Assembly: GCA_913050015.1 (NCBI GenBank)
Contig: CAJXAZ010000001.1
Location: forward strand, 10,912 to 74,911
Direction: 5' to 3'
DNA length: 64,000 bases
Source of the DNA: an uncultured Gammaproteobacteria bacterium
Lineage (GTDB): Bacteria > Pseudomonadota > Gammaproteobacteria > Magnimaribacterales > D2472
The notes beneath the pieces are model-generated. The model was not told the origin of the DNA and did no database searches. It saw only the letters and a list, made by a program, of their open reading frames with translations. The stretch's first letter is position 1; each line of letters opens with the position of its first letter. Of the stretch, positions 19,094 through 30,892 are shown one piece after another. The translations under genes and the position numbers were made by a program.

Positions 19094-20566
19094 ATGAATA
19101 AAGATACTGGATTTTTTGGTCATCCAATTGGGCTTAGAACATTATTTCTGACAGAGATGTGGGAGAGGATGTCTTATTATGGAATGAGAGCTTTACTAGT
19201 TCTGTATATGACAGGTTCATTGGCTGGATTCAATCCAGGCATGGGCTTATCTGCAATGGACGCGAATGCAATTTATGGAATATATGTTGGAATGGTTTAT
19301 TTTATGGTGGTTCCGGGAGGCTGGATTGCTGATAATATTTTAGGTCATCAGAAAGCAGTTCTTCTTGGCGCAATCATAATTGCACTTGGTCATTTTATTC
19401 TTGCGATACCCGTTGAGCAAACATTTTTCTTAGGTTTAGTCTTTGTTGTTCTGGGAACAGGCCTTTTAAAAGGAAATATCTCAACAATAGTTGGCAATCT
19501 TTATGGCGATAATGACAAGAGAAGAGATTCTGGTTACACAATCTTTTATATGTCTATTAATATTGGATCTACTTTAGGTTTCTTGATTTGCTCTTATTTA
19601 GGAGAAAAAATAGGCTGGCATTATGGATTTGGAGCAGCTGGTATAGGCATGGCTTTTGGGGTATATCAATATATCCAATTTAGACATCTTCTTGGTTCAG
19701 CTGGTGAATTCCCTAATGATATGGATGAATCAAAGAGAGCAGGTTATATCAAATGGACTAAGCTAAGTTTAGTTCTTATGTTTGCTGTTATTGGTTGTGG
19801 TTTGCTTGGTCTTATTACAATTGAACCAAGAGTTTTCGCAGAGAATTTTGCTTATTTCTTAACAATTGTTGCTGGTGCATATTTTCTCTATTTATATTCT
19901 TTTGCAGGGCTTTCGGCTTCTGAGAAAAAGAATTTGTTACTTCTATTTGTATTATTTATAGGAGCAGCCGCTTTTTGGTCAGGTTTTGATCAATCAGCGA
20001 GTTCATTGAGTATTTTTGCAAGGGATTACACAGATCTATCTGTAGCAGGATTTATTATTCCAATAGGATGGCTTCAGTTTGCTAATCCAATATTTGTTGT
20101 AACTTTTGCTCCAATTTTTGCTGGAATTTGGGCTCACTTAGCAAGAATAAACATGGACCCATCTTTACCTATCAAGTTTGCTATCGGTCTAATATTTATG
20201 GCAATTAGTTTCATGGTCATGGTGTATGCAGTTCAACTGGCAATGGTTTCAGCTCCAGTAGGAATGAGATGGCTTTTACTTACTTACTTGCTTCAAACAT
20301 GGGGTGAGCTAGCTCTATCTCCTATAGGTTTATCTGCTTTTTCTAAGTATTCTCCAAAAAGATACATGGGGCAGATGTTTGGTTTATGGTTCTTAGCTTC
20401 TGCAATTGGCGGGGTGCTTGCAGGACTTCTGGGTGGAGATGCAACAGTTGATGGCTTGAGCTCAGTTCAGCCAATATTTACTTTCATGATTCAATATTAT
20501 GCAGTTATAGCAGTGCTATTAATTGCAATGTCATTTGTATTTAAGTCGAGAGAAAAAAGCTCTTAA
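19094..20566 (+). CDS. Proton-dependent oligopeptide transporter (POT/PTR2 family, DtpT-like)
   Basis: PTR2 signature GHPIGLRTLFLTEMWERMSYYGMRALLVLYM. About 12-14 TM segments. Length 490 aa. Confidence 0.9.
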   Translation: MNKDTGFFGHPIGLRTLFLTEMWERMSYYGMRALLVLYMTGSLAGFNPGMGLSAMDANAIYGIYVGMVYFMVVPGGWIADNILGHQKAVLLGAIIIALGHFILAIPVEQTFFLGLVFVVLGTGLLKGNISTIVGNLYGDNDKRRDSGYTIFYMSINIGSTLGFLICSYLGEKIGWHYGFGAAGIGMAFGVYQYIQFRHLLGSAGEFPNDMDESKRAGYIKWTKLSLVLMFAVIGCGLLGLITIEPRVFAENFAYFLTIVAGAYFLYLYSFAGLSASEKKNLLLLFVLFIGAAAFWSGFDQSASSLSIFARDYTDLSVAGFIIPIGWLQFANPIFVVTFAPIFAGIWAHLARINMDPSLPIKFAIGLIFMAISFMVMVYAVQLAMVSAPVGMRWLLLTYLLQTWGELALSPIGLSAFSKYSPKRYMGQMFGLWFLASAIGGVLAGLLGGDATVDGLSSVQPIFTFMIQYYAVIAVLLIAMSFVFKSREKSS

Positions 20567-20569
20567 GGT

Positions 20570-21700
20570 TTAAGAGAGTTTTGAATTAAGACCTTTAAGA
20601 ATATCTGTATAGATATTTTTAAGGGTCCATAATTCAGATATTTTTATATGTTCATCTAATTGGTGAATGGTGTCATTCAGAGGTCCAAGCTCAACAATTT
20701 CGGTACCCATTCTTGCAACAAACCTTCCGTCTGATGTTCCGCCTTTAGCATTAAGATCTGGAGTGTAACCAGTAATATTTTCAATTGATTTCACAACCAC
20801 ATCTTTTAAGTTATTTTCTGTTGTGAGGTACGGTAGGCCACTCAGTCTCCAGTTAATTTCATATTCTATATTTAATTTTTTGAGAATAGACTCAAACTCA
20901 TTTACCAATGTTTCTTGAGTAGATTCTGTTGAATATCTGAAATTAAAAAACATATCCAGTTCACCGGGGACAACATTTTTAGCTCCTGTTCCTGAGTGAA
21001 TATTGGATATTTGAAAGCTGGTAGGTTGAAAAATAGCGTTGCCATTATCCCAAATTGTATTCTTTAGTTCCACTATTACATCACTTGCTGAAAATATTGG
21101 GTTATTAACATTTTCTGGATAAGCAATATGCCCTTGTTTGCCAAGTATCTTTAAAGAGCCTCCTAGGGAGCCTCTTCTACCAATTCTGACACTATCACCT
21201 ATTTTCTCATAAGATGTAGGTTCGCCAACAAGGCATAAATCTATCCTCTCATCTTTTTGAATCATGTCATCAACTATTTTATCTATAAACCCATCTACAG
21301 CGTCCCCTTCCTCATTAGACGTCAACAAAATAGCAATTCTAAAATTAAGATTTGGCTTGGTAGCAAAGAATTCATCTAGAGATTCTAGAAAAGCTGCGAT
21401 TGAGCCTTTCATGTCTGCTGTGCCTCTTCCATATAAGAGATCGCCTTCAATATGAGCAGAGAAGGGTGGATATGTCCATTTTTCAACAGGTCCAGTTGGC
21501 ACCACATCAGTATGTCCAAGGAAGCAGAACAATTTACCTTTATCACCAAAAGTGGCGTAAAGGTTTTCTACATTTAAATAATTAATTCTTTCACAATTAA
21601 AATTCAGCTTATTAAGCCTATCTTCAATAATATCAAAGCAACCCTCATCTCTTGGAGAAAGGGATTCAATTTGTATAAGATCTTGAAGAAATTTAATCAT
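20570..21700 (-). CDS. dapE: Succinyl-diaminopimelate desuccinylase
   Basis: M20 peptidase with GHTDVVP, GRGTADMKG and SNEEGD. Length 376 aa. The start overlaps the dapD stop (ATGATTAA). Confidence 0.92.
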   Translation of the reverse strand: MIKFLQDLIQIESLSPRDEGCFDIIEDRLNKLNFNCERINYLNVENLYATFGDKGKLFCFLGHTDVVPTGPVEKWTYPPFSAHIEGDLLYGRGTADMKGSIAAFLESLDEFFATKPNLNFRIAILLTSNEEGDAVDGFIDKIVDDMIQKDERIDLCLVGEPTSYEKIGDSVRIGRRGSLGGSLKILGKQGHIAYPENVNNPIFSASDVIVELKNTIWDNGNAIFQPTSFQISNIHSGTGAKNVVPGELDMFFNFRYSTESTQETLVNEFESILKKLNIEYEINWRLSGLPYLTTENNLKDVVVKSIENITGYTPDLNAKGGTSDGRFVARMGTEIVELGPLNDTIHQLDEHIKISELWTLKNIYTDILKGLNSKLS

Positions 21701-22607
21701 TGGAATGTAATTCGGTATTTAATTCTACTAATGATTTATTTGGCCTTGCTATTACAGAGCCATTTAAAGAGTTTCTTATAAAAACTAAATCAGATGATCC
21801 TGATAGCTCTGAGCCTTTAAAGATACCTTTAGATGATTTAGCACTATCAAATAACTCTATCTTTGTTCCACCAGTAATATATAGACCAGCCTCAACAATA
21901 CAGTTATTTCCTAGAGGAATGCCAAGACCAGAATTTGCTCCTAGTAAGCAATTATCACCCACTGATATTTTTACATCATTGCCACCAGACAAAGTCCCCA
22001 TAGTGCTACATCCGCCTCCAAGATCTGAGTTATTACCTATAACAACACCAGCTGATATTCTTCCTTCTATCATGGCCTTTCCTAAGGTCCCGGCATTAAA
22101 ATTAACAAACCCTTCATGCATTACTGTTGTGCCCTCGGAGATATATGCCCCCAATCTCACCCTAGATGCATCTGCTATTCTTACATTTTTTGGGATGATG
22201 TAATCAGTCAGACAGGGGAACTTATCAAGCGATCTAACGTAAAGGTCTGTATTATTTTGTTTAGACTCAAGCAATTTTTTATCGATCTCGTCAATTGATA
22301 TAGGTCCATGATTTGTCCAAGCAACATTGGGAAGTGCGCCAAACAGACCATCTAAATTAATAGAGTTTGGAAGAACAAATTTATATGAAAGCAGATGAAG
22401 CTTCAGATAAGCAGAGCAAACGTCTTTTACAGGTGAATTAAGGTCACTCTCATCCCACGAAATTTCTATAATCTCCTTTGATAAATCAAACTCTCCTAGT
22501 GAATGTATTTCAGTTGTTTTGCCATTAAAATTAATAATAGGAAAAAATACATCAAGAATTTCTCCAGAAGACGATTTATTTGCTATTCCTGTCGCATTTA
22601 TATTCAT
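21693..22607 (-). CDS. dapD: Tetrahydrodipicolinate N-succinyltransferase (long Pseudomonas-type form)
   Basis: Contains AYLKLHLLS...LPNVAWTN, then hexapeptide repeats, GGGCSTMGTLSGG and VEAGLYIT. Collinear with the roughly 340 aa DapD class (from memory). Confidence 0.88.
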   Translation of the reverse strand: MNINATGIANKSSSGEILDVFFPIINFNGKTTEIHSLGEFDLSKEIIEISWDESDLNSPVKDVCSAYLKLHLLSYKFVLPNSINLDGLFGALPNVAWTNHGPISIDEIDKKLLESKQNNTDLYVRSLDKFPCLTDYIIPKNVRIADASRVRLGAYISEGTTVMHEGFVNFNAGTLGKAMIEGRISAGVVIGNNSDLGGGCSTMGTLSGGNDVKISVGDNCLLGANSGLGIPLGNNCIVEAGLYITGGTKIELFDSAKSSKGIFKGSELSGSSDLVFIRNSLNGSVIARPNKSLVELNTELHSND

Positions 22608-22637
22608 TTAATTATTATAGTTTGTAGTTAACGTAAT

Positions 22638-25145
22638 TTATATAAGCTCTGCAAGTGCTTTTGTAATTTTTTGTATTTTTGATTTAGATACTATGGATAG
22701 ATTCATATCTTCTATTTCGAAAGTATCTTCAACCCTATCACCAAGAGTATTGATTCTAGCCGAATAAATAGAAGTACCATTTTCATTAAGCACTTTCGCA
22801 ATCTTTCCAAGTAAACCATGGCTATCGAGGGTCTCTATAGTTAAAAGATTTCTTTTCTTTAGCTCATCCTCTACGTTGGTTATGTAAAGAACTTTTTTAA
22901 AGCTCTTTAAGTTTTTTTCTTTCTTGGGAGACTTCTTAAAAGGAGAATAGTTCTTAAAATTATTTAAGATTCTATCTTTTACTTCTTTTAACTCAGCACT
23001 ATTTAATGCTCTATTATGATGAGAAAACTTTGTTATAAAGGTATTTGCTGCAATTCCATTATTACTACTAGTTGATATATTAGCGTCGATAACCTCTAGA
23101 CCAGATAAATCTAATATTTGTACAAGTTTTAAAAACAACCCTTCCGAGTTATCTACCTTAATAAAAATTTCTATTAAATTTTCAAAGCATCTTCTACACC
23201 CTATGACTGGTTCCCCAGGCTTCTCTTTTAATACGAGGCCACTTTGCCATTTCAGTTTTCCAGAATTATTTTTATTAAAATACTCATTATCAAATAGCTC
23301 AAGATAGGTATTTATAGAATCTAATTGATGCTCTTTAAAAAAAGCTAAAACGTTAGCTTTTCTATCTGATGCAATTTCATTCGATGTTTTAATTGGATCT
23401 TTATTCAACTTGGATCTAGTTAAAAGAAATAGATCTCTTAATAGACCATGCTTCCAACCATTCCACAGAGCTGGGTTAGTAGCCCTAATATCATTTACAG
23501 TTAAAAGGTATAAATAATTTAATCTTTCGGTGTTCAAAACAACATCTGCAAATGAGCTAATGGTTTCAGGATCTGAAATATCTTTTTTCTGAGATATTGA
23601 AGACATTTGTAAGTGATTAAGAACTAGCCATGACACTAAATCAGCATCAGCTACTGATAGACCAATTTTTTTAGCAAAATCAAAACTTATTTTTGCACCT
23701 ATTTTAGAGTGATCTCCGCCCCTTCCTTTGCCAATATCATGGAACAGGCCAGCTAAATAGAGCACTTCAATTTTTTCCAATTTATTTATCAGCTCATATT
23801 CAAGCTCAAAGCCATCCTGGGGAGCTATTTGCATTTGGCGCATATTCCTTAAAAGTTTAAATGTATGCTCATCAACGGTATAAACATGAAACAAGTCAAA
23901 TTGCATTTGACCAATTACATCGCCAAACTCCTTAATATAAGCCTGAAGAATACCAAGATTTTTCATAGTCTTTAGAAGTGATGATAGATTGTATTTGGAC
24001 CTTAATATCTCTAAGAATTGAGTTGAAAAATATTTATCATTCCTAAAATCATCATCAATCAAATTGATATTTTCTTTCAGTAAAATTTTTGTCGGAGTAT
24101 CAATTGAATTAATTTTTTTATTCTTACCAATGTAAATAAAAATTTCGAAGATAAGATTTTTTCTGTTGAGTAAGCTGCCAGGTTTTATCCCAACTTTATC
24201 TCCTTTCACATAAAACTCACCAAAGCTTTTAGTTAAACCAAAAGTTATACTTTCTCTATAACTTTCAAATATAAGATTATTAAAATTTGATAGATTAGAT
24301 GCATTTTCATAAAATCTTTGCATCATTAACTCAACCGTTCGTTTATTAGTTGCGCCATCTAGTTTTGCTTGCTTGGATATCTCAATCTGAGACTCAAAAC
24401 TCAATCTATTTTTTTTAGTTGTTATATTTGTTGCAAATCTCATTGCTTTAATAAAATCATATGACTCAATAGCAGAATCAATCTGGTCAGCAAATTCTTT
24501 CGATTTTTTTATATCTTTATAGTCATTCATGCCAAAACAATGCTGAAGAATCCATAGCGCTGTCTGAAAATCTCTAAGAGTTCCTGGAGACTCTTTTAAA
24601 TCTGGTTCTAGGTTATATTGTGTTGAGAAAAATGACCCATATCTTCTTTCTTGCTCATCATACTTGGCATTGAAAAATTTTCTTTTACCCCATGCTTTGC
24701 TGAGAACATCATTCATCTTGATATCAATTAATGAATTTGTAACTAATGATCTTCTGGTTAAATATGAAGTAAATTCTACAGGGTCATTGCCAGCAACTTT
24801 TTTGATATCTTGAATAGTTCTTACAGAATGCCCAACCTTTAAACCGCTATCCCAAAGCTTTGCAATAAACCTTTCAAGATTTTCTGTATTTTTAATATTT
24901 TTATTATGCTGAACTATTGAAAGATCAACGTCTGATGATGGAAATATCTCCTTTCTTCCAAAACCACCGTTTGCATATATTGAATACTCTGATGAAAGAC
25001 CTAACTCATTAAAATTTTTTACAATAACTGCTTCGATTTCATCTGAGCAGTCTGCTAAATATTTGTTAACTAGAGAAGGTTTTTTATATACCTTGGAAAA
25101 ATTTAGCCAAAAATTTTCATTAATGGTTAATTTTTTAGAGGTCAT
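22638..25145 (-). CDS. glnD: Bifunctional [protein-PII] uridylyltransferase/uridylyl-removing enzyme
   Basis: 835 aa. Nucleotidyltransferase GGFGRKEIFPSSDVDL, HD domain LFHDIGKGRGGDHS and two C-terminal ACT-like regions. map-glnD-dapD order as in E. coli. Confidence 0.93.
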   Translation of the reverse strand: MTSKKLTINENFWLNFSKVYKKPSLVNKYLADCSDEIEAVIVKNFNELGLSSEYSIYANGGFGRKEIFPSSDVDLSIVQHNKNIKNTENLERFIAKLWDSGLKVGHSVRTIQDIKKVAGNDPVEFTSYLTRRSLVTNSLIDIKMNDVLSKAWGKRKFFNAKYDEQERRYGSFFSTQYNLEPDLKESPGTLRDFQTALWILQHCFGMNDYKDIKKSKEFADQIDSAIESYDFIKAMRFATNITTKKNRLSFESQIEISKQAKLDGATNKRTVELMMQRFYENASNLSNFNNLIFESYRESITFGLTKSFGEFYVKGDKVGIKPGSLLNRKNLIFEIFIYIGKNKKINSIDTPTKILLKENINLIDDDFRNDKYFSTQFLEILRSKYNLSSLLKTMKNLGILQAYIKEFGDVIGQMQFDLFHVYTVDEHTFKLLRNMRQMQIAPQDGFELEYELINKLEKIEVLYLAGLFHDIGKGRGGDHSKIGAKISFDFAKKIGLSVADADLVSWLVLNHLQMSSISQKKDISDPETISSFADVVLNTERLNYLYLLTVNDIRATNPALWNGWKHGLLRDLFLLTRSKLNKDPIKTSNEIASDRKANVLAFFKEHQLDSINTYLELFDNEYFNKNNSGKLKWQSGLVLKEKPGEPVIGCRRCFENLIEIFIKVDNSEGLFLKLVQILDLSGLEVIDANISTSSNNGIAANTFITKFSHHNRALNSAELKEVKDRILNNFKNYSPFKKSPKKEKNLKSFKKVLYITNVEDELKKRNLLTIETLDSHGLLGKIAKVLNENGTSIYSARINTLGDRVEDTFEIEDMNLSIVSKSKIQKITKALAELI

Positions 25146-25912
25146 ATTGACTCATTAACCCTTTTGGTAAGAATCTCAACTCCATTACTTCTTACTGCTA
25201 ATGTATGTTCCCATTGAGCAGAATTTCTTCCATCTTTTGTTTCAACTGTCCATTCATCTCTTAATGTTTTGCAATATTTTGATCCCTGATTAATCATTGG
25301 CTCAATAGTAAAACACATGCCTTCTTGAATTTCTAAGCCACGACCAGGTTTTCCGTAATGAAGTATTTGTGGATCTTCATGATAAATTTTTCCAATTCCA
25401 TGGCCGCAGTAATCCTCAACCACACTATAGTAATTAGATTCAGCATGCTTTTGAATAGCATGACCTATGTCTCCAAGGTATGCTCCTGGCTTAACTACCT
25501 CTATCGCCTTATATAGACATTCTTGAGTTACTTTTACGAGTCTTTCATTATGTGGTTTGCATTTACCAACAAGATACATTTTAGACGTATCCCCATGCCA
25601 GCCATCCTTAATAACTGTTACATCTATATTTAAGATATCACCTTCTTTTAAAATTCTATTGTGATCTGGTATACCGTGACAGATTACCTGATTGATACTT
25701 GAGCATATCGTTTTTTCGAAACCTCTATAGCCAACATTTGCTGGAATTGCCTTTTGAATATTTACAATATGTTCATAGCATTTTCTATCAAGCTCTTCGG
25801 TTGAAACACCTGGAATAACAAATGGCTCTATCATCTCAAGAACTTCAGCCGCTAATTTTCCAGCAATTCTCATTTTTTTTATATCTTCTTCAGACTTTAT
25901 TGTTATTTCCAT
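25142..25912 (-). CDS. map: Methionine aminopeptidase type I
   Basis: Contains VCHGIP, DVTVIKDGWHGD, GHGIG and EPM metal-site blocks. Length 256 aa. Confidence 0.95.
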   Translation of the reverse strand: MEITIKSEEDIKKMRIAGKLAAEVLEMIEPFVIPGVSTEELDRKCYEHIVNIQKAIPANVGYRGFEKTICSSINQVICHGIPDHNRILKEGDILNIDVTVIKDGWHGDTSKMYLVGKCKPHNERLVKVTQECLYKAIEVVKPGAYLGDIGHAIQKHAESNYYSVVEDYCGHGIGKIYHEDPQILHYGKPGRGLEIQEGMCFTIEPMINQGSKYCKTLRDEWTVETKDGRNSAQWEHTLAVRSNGVEILTKRVNESI

Positions 25913-26064
25913 ATTTTTTACATTTTAAATAGACATCAGAGCACTAAGTCTATAAAGTACAGTTTTAATGCAAGCACGATATTTCAGCTCATTAAAACCC
26001 CAAATTTCTTTAAACAGACACTCTTACTTTTCCCAATTATTTTCTTCTAAAAAGAGAGGCTTAA

Positions 26065-27186
26065 ATGTCCTTTAAATCTATTCTAGCCCTTGAAGATGGA
26101 AGTATATTCTATGGAGAGGGGTTTGGTGAAGAAAAATATGAAGTAGCTGAAATCGTATTTAATACCTCAATGACCGGTTACCAAGAAATAATCACCGATC
26201 CATCTTATAAAAAACAAATTATAACTTTTACGCATCCGCATATTGGTAACACTGGCATAAATGATGAAGATAATGAATCTTCCATGATTCATGCATCAGG
26301 CATTATTGTTAATAATTTTTGTATAAAACCTAGTAACTGGAGGTCTACCAAAAGCTTAGAAACATTCTTAAATGAGCAAGGTGTTATAGCTATATCTGGA
26401 ATTAATACTAGAAAATTAACTAAGATTATAAGAGATAAGGGCTCCATGAATTGCTGTATAGGCTCTCTTTCGAAGATATCAGAAGAAGATGCTATTAAAC
26501 AAGCTCAGAATTTTTCAGGGCTCAAGGGTCTTGATCTTGCAAAAGGCGTCTCTACAGAGCTAAGTTACAAGTGGAATGAAGGGGTATGGCCTGATCATAA
26601 GCCCGCTAGTCATTCACACCCTATAGTTGCTTATGATTTTGGAGTTAAGACAAATATTTTGAGACTTTTATCAGATCATCTGGGCGAGATAATAGTTGTT
26701 AATGCCGAAACATCCTTTGAAGAGGTTATGAAACTTTCTCCTAAGGGAATATTTCTTTCCAATGGTCCCGGAGACCCAGAGCCATGCACTTATGCAATTG
26801 AGAATATTAAAAAATTTCTAGAAGTTAAAATCCCAATTTTTGGGATTTGTTTAGGGCATCAACTTCTTGCTCTTGCCGGTGGTGCAAAAACTTATAAAAT
26901 GAAGTTCGGTCATCATGGCGCCAACCATCCTGTTCAAAATATTTCATCCTCAGAAGTCATGATTACCAGTCAAAATCATGGATTCTCAGTAGATGAATCC
27001 TCATTACCGGATAATATAAAACCTTCCTATATTTCTTTATTTGATAATTCACTGCAAGGCATCGAGTTTAATGATGCTCCTGCTTTTAGTTTTCAAGGTC
27101 ACCCAGAGGCAAGTCCCGGGCCTCAGGAAATACAAACATTATTTAATAAATTTACTTCCATGGTGGATGAGTATGCCAAGACGTAA
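26065..27186 (+). CDS. carA: Carbamoyl-phosphate synthase small (glutaminase) subunit
   Basis: Contains [21 protein letters not shown] and the catalytic-triad context. Length 373 aa. Confidence 0.96.
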   Translation: MSFKSILALEDGSIFYGEGFGEEKYEVAEIVFNTSMTGYQEIITDPSYKKQIITFTHPHIGNTGINDEDNESSMIHASGIIVNNFCIKPSNWRSTKSLETFLNEQGVIAISGINTRKLTKIIRDKGSMNCCIGSLSKISEEDAIKQAQNFSGLKGLDLAKGVSTELSYKWNEGVWPDHKPASHSHPIVAYDFGVKTNILRLLSDHLGEIIVVNAETSFEEVMKLSPKGIFLSNGPGDPEPCTYAIENIKKFLEVKIPIFGICLGHQLLALAGGAKTYKMKFGHHGANHPVQNISSSEVMITSQNHGFSVDESSLPDNIKPSYISLFDNSLQGIEFNDAPAFSFQGHPEASPGPQEIQTLFNKFTSMVDEYAKT

Positions 27187-30100
27187 CGACATAAAATCTA
27201 TTTTAATTATTGGAGCAGGTCCTATAATTATTGGTCAAGCATGTGAGTTTGATTATTCTGGAGCTCAGGCTTGCAAAGCTCTTAAAGATGAAGGTTTTAG
27301 AGTAATACTTGTAAATTCAAATCCTGCAACAATAATGACGGATCCTTTGCTAGCAGATGCTACTTATATAGAGCCAATTCACTGGAAGTCCGTAGAAAAA
27401 ATAATCGAGAAAGAGAAGCCAGATGCAATTTTACCTACCATGGGTGGGCAAACAGCTCTCAATACAGCTCTGTCATTAGATAAGGAAGGTGTTTTAGAAA
27501 AGCATGGAGTTATATTAATTGGAGCCAACAGAGAGGCGATTGATAAGGCTGAAGACAGGCAGCTTTTCGATGAAACAATGAATGCCATTAATATAGATAC
27601 TCCAAATTCTGGCATTGCTCATTCAATGGAAGATGCTTTGTCGGTGCAAAGTAGAATTGGTTTCCCGTGCATCATCAGACCATCTTTTACTATGGGCGGA
27701 ACAGGGGGTGGAATTGCATATAATATCGATGAGTTCAAGGGCATATGTGAAAAAGGATTAGAGCTCTCTCCTACAACTGAGCTCTTAATCGATGAATCAT
27801 TGATCGGTTGGAAAGAGTTTGAAATGGAGGTTGTAAGGGACTGCGAAGATAATTGTATTATTGTCTGTTCAATTGAAAACTTAGACCCGATGGGTGTTCA
27901 TACCGGGGACTCAATTACTATTGCCCCAGCTCAAACGTTAACTGATAAAGAATATCAAATCATGAGAAATGCTTCTTTTAAAATTTTAAGAGAGATTGGT
28001 GTTGATACTGGTGGATCAAACGTTCAATTCGCTATCAATCCAGATAATGGAAAGATGGTTGTTATAGAGATGAACCCTAGGGTAAGTAGATCCTCAGCTC
28101 TTGCATCAAAAGCAACAGGTTTCCCAATTGCTAAGGTTGCTGCCTTGCTTTCGGTTGGATTTACACTCGATGAATTAAAAAATGATATAACAGGTGGGCT
28201 TACTCCAGCATCCTTTGAGCCAAGTATTGATTATATTGTTACAAAGATTCCTAAATTTGCTTTTGAAAAATTCCCACAAGCTAGTTCAAAATTAACAACT
28301 CAAATGAAATCAGTCGGCGAGGTTATGGCTATAGGCTCTAACTTCCAAGAGTCTTTGCAAAAGGCACTTTGCAGTATGGAAGAGGATCTAGATGGGTTGA
28401 ATTCAATGTTTAAATCTATAGAAGAATCTAATAAAGAAGAAATTCAATATGAGCTAACTTTCCCTGGACCAAAAAGATTATTTTATGTAGCTGATGCGAT
28501 GAGAACCGGGTGGAGTTTAGAAAGAATATACGAACTAACAAAAATCGATTATTGGTTTTTAGACCAAATTAAAGAAATCATAGATATAGAAGAGGCTTTA
28601 AAAAATAAAAAAATTCAAGATCTGACAAAATTAGAAATCCTTCCTTTAAAGGAGAAGGGATTTTCTGATTCTAGAATAGCTAGAATGATTAATTCGACTG
28701 AGGCTGATTTTAGAAAGCATAGAATTGATAACAAAATCATTCCAATCTTTAGAAGAGTCGATACTTGTGCAGCAGAATTTGCTACCTCAACCTGTTATAT
28801 GTATTCAACATACGGAGAGGATTGCGAAAGCAAGCCATCTGAAAATAGAAAAATATTAGTTTTAGGAAGTGGGCCCAATAGAATAGGTCAGGGCATTGAG
28901 TTTGATTACTGTTGTGTTCATGCGTCTCTTGCTATGCAAGAAGAAGGCATTGAGTCGATTATGGTTAATTGCAATCCTGAAACCGTCTCCACGGATTACG
29001 ATGTGTCTGACAGGTTGTACTTTGAGCCCATAACAGCTGAAAAGATTTTGGATATTATTGATAATGAAAATCCCGAAGGTGTAATTATTCAATTTGGAGG
29101 TCAAACACCTCTTAAATTAGCTGATATTCTTTCTGAAAAAGGAGTAAAAATTCTTGGTACTGATGTTGATGCGATTGACAGATCAGAGGATAGAGAGCGT
29201 TTCCAGGAATTAGTTACTAAACTTAATTTAAAACAACCATCAAATGCAACGGTTAGAAATATCACTGAAGCTCTAGAAAAAGCTGAGATAATTGGCTTCC
29301 CAATAGTTGTAAGACCATCATATGTTCTTGGTGGGAGGGCGATGCAGCTTGTCCACAACCCCAAGGAGCTTGAAACATATCTTACCGAGGCTGTTGAGGT
29401 TTCAAACAGCAAACCCATTTTGCTTGATAGTTATCTGACTGACGCTATTGAGGTTGATGTGGACGTAATTTCAGACGGAGTGAATATGGAAATTGGAGGA
29501 ATTCTCCAGCATATTGAGCAAGCTGGGATTCATTCTGGTGACTCGGCATGTTCTCTTCCTCCGTATAGCTTATCTTTAGAAATCCAAGAGCGTCTTTCAA
29601 TACAATCTAAGGATATTGCAAAGGAATTAAATATCATTGGATTGATGAATATTCAATTTGCTATCAAAGAGGATGATATTTATATCATCGAAGTTAATCC
29701 AAGAGCATCGCGAACAGTCCCTTTTATATCTAAAGCTGTTGGAAACTCATTAGTAAAAGTTGCTTCAAAAGCAATGATAGGAAAAAGCCTTCTAGAGCAA
29801 GATTTCTCTTGCGAACTGCCTAAAGATTTATTTTTCGTAAAAGAAGCTGTTATGCCATTTGATAAATTTCCTCTAGTAGATCCTATATTGGGTCCAGAGA
29901 TGAAATCTACTGGAGAGGTTATGGGAATTGGGCCTACCTTTGGCGAGGCTTATGCCAAGGCCCAGAAAGGCGCAAATAAAATTCTACCTAGATCTGGTTC
30001 TATCTTTATAAGTGTAAAAGATTCAGATAAAAAATATTTAGATAAACTAATTCCTTTAGTTGTAGATAATGGTTTTGACATAATAGCAACAGGAGGAACA

Positions 30101-30394
30101 GCTGAATATATCAAAAGTCTTGGCCATGAAGTTAAGAGGATTAATAAAGTTACAGAAGGAAGACCACACACTGTAGATTGTCTTTTGAATAAAGAAATTG
30201 ATTTAATAGTTAATACTACAGAAGGTAAGCAATCTATAGAAGATTCTGCATCTATGAGAAAAACTGCTTTACGAAATAAAATATTCTGCACTACTACAAT
30301 GTTTGGCGCCTTTGCGATCATGGAAGCATTAAAGAGCGAGGAAGTTGACTGGTCCTATAACAGTCTTCAAGAAATAAGTACTTATTCATCTTAG
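27173..30394 (+). CDS. carB: Carbamoyl-phosphate synthase large subunit
   Basis: I place the start at ATG 27173 ([30 protein letters not shown]), overlapping carA by 14 nt. The track ORF extends upstream to 27041 with non-homologous sequence. The protein has duplicated ATP-grasp halves and an MGS-like C-terminus. Confidence 0.96.
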   Translation: MPRRNDIKSILIIGAGPIIIGQACEFDYSGAQACKALKDEGFRVILVNSNPATIMTDPLLADATYIEPIHWKSVEKIIEKEKPDAILPTMGGQTALNTALSLDKEGVLEKHGVILIGANREAIDKAEDRQLFDETMNAINIDTPNSGIAHSMEDALSVQSRIGFPCIIRPSFTMGGTGGGIAYNIDEFKGICEKGLELSPTTELLIDESLIGWKEFEMEVVRDCEDNCIIVCSIENLDPMGVHTGDSITIAPAQTLTDKEYQIMRNASFKILREIGVDTGGSNVQFAINPDNGKMVVIEMNPRVSRSSALASKATGFPIAKVAALLSVGFTLDELKNDITGGLTPASFEPSIDYIVTKIPKFAFEKFPQASSKLTTQMKSVGEVMAIGSNFQESLQKALCSMEEDLDGLNSMFKSIEESNKEEIQYELTFPGPKRLFYVADAMRTGWSLERIYELTKIDYWFLDQIKEIIDIEEALKNKKIQDLTKLEILPLKEKGFSDSRIARMINSTEADFRKHRIDNKIIPIFRRVDTCAAEFATSTCYMYSTYGEDCESKPSENRKILVLGSGPNRIGQGIEFDYCCVHASLAMQEEGIESIMVNCNPETVSTDYDVSDRLYFEPITAEKILDIIDNENPEGVIIQFGGQTPLKLADILSEKGVKILGTDVDAIDRSEDRERFQELVTKLNLKQPSNATVRNITEALEKAEIIGFPIVVRPSYVLGGRAMQLVHNPKELETYLTEAVEVSNSKPILLDSYLTDAIEVDVDVISDGVNMEIGGILQHIEQAGIHSGDSACSLPPYSLSLEIQERLSIQSKDIAKELNIIGLMNIQFAIKEDDIYIIEVNPRASRTVPFISKAVGNSLVKVASKAMIGKSLLEQDFSCELPKDLFFVKEAVMPFDKFPLVDPILGPEMKSTGEVMGIGPTFGEAYAKAQKGANKILPRSGSIFISVKDSDKKYLDKLIPLVVDNGFDIIATGGTAEYIKSLGHEVKRINKVTEGRPHTVDCLLNKEIDLIVNTTEGKQSIEDSASMRKTALRNKIFCTTTMFGAFAIMEALKSEEVDWSYNSLQEISTYSS

Positions 30395-30410
30395 TTGTTA
30401 TAATATTTTT

Positions 30411-30887
30411 ATGAGTAGAGTTCCACTGACAAAAGATGGCGAAGTTGCTATCAAGAAAAAACTTGCAAATCTAAAATTTGTTGAAAGACCTAGAGTGTCT
30501 GCATCTATAGCTGAAGCTAGAGCGCATGGGGATTTGAAAGAAAATGCCGAATATCATGCCGCAAAAGAAGAGCAGGGATTAATGGAGGCGAGGATCAATG
30601 ATATTGAAAGTGCTTTATCAAATGCTCAAGTAATAGATGTTTTAGAAATTCCAGAAACAGGAAGAGTTATTTTTGGCTCAACAGTAAAGCTCTATGATAT
30701 AAATTCTGATAAAGAGATTGTATATAAAATTGTTGGAAATTTAGAGTCTGATCCGACTAATGGTTTGATCTCAATCGATACCCCAATTGCAAAAGGCCTT
30801 GTTGGTAAATTTGTAGATGACGAAGTAACAATAATAACTCCTTCCGGTCAGCTCACTTATGAGATCATCGAAGTCAAGCATATATAA
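30411..30887 (+). CDS. greA: Transcription elongation factor GreA
   Basis: Contains AEARAHGDLKENAEYHAAKEEQ. Length 158 aa. Confidence 0.95.
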   Translation: MSRVPLTKDGEVAIKKKLANLKFVERPRVSASIAEARAHGDLKENAEYHAAKEEQGLMEARINDIESALSNAQVIDVLEIPETGRVIFGSTVKLYDINSDKEIVYKIVGNLESDPTNGLISIDTPIAKGLVGKFVDDEVTIITPSGQLTYEIIEVKHI

Positions 30888-30892
30888 TTTCA

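Noticed and set aside
21700-22203. 167-aa ORF on the plus strand, antisense to dapD
   Set aside because: It lies entirely within the hexapeptide-repeat region of a well-supported dapD. The repeat periodicity keeps the antisense frame open. The predicted protein is low-complexity Pro/Ser-rich with no motif or RBS.
25913-26064. 152-bp map/carA divergent spacer as a possible ncRNA, riboswitch or leader peptide (a 35-codon ORF starts at the ATG near 25968)
   Set aside because: I found no convincing stem-loops, terminator or conserved riboswitch core by eye. The small ORF has no SD and runs into the carA start. The region most likely holds just two promoters, and a covariance-model scan would be needed to say more.
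27041-27172. 132-nt upstream extension of the carB ORF in the track (start at 27041)
   Set aside because: The extension overlaps the carA 3' end in another frame and encodes non-homologous hydrophobic junk. CarB homology begins exactly at the ATG at 27173 ([17 protein letters not shown]).
27379-30321. Several 78-123-aa minus-strand ORFs inside carB (27379..27615, 28862..29104, 29101..29418, 29950..30321)
   Set aside because: They are antisense shadow ORFs within a 1073-aa highly conserved gene. None has motifs or start signals.
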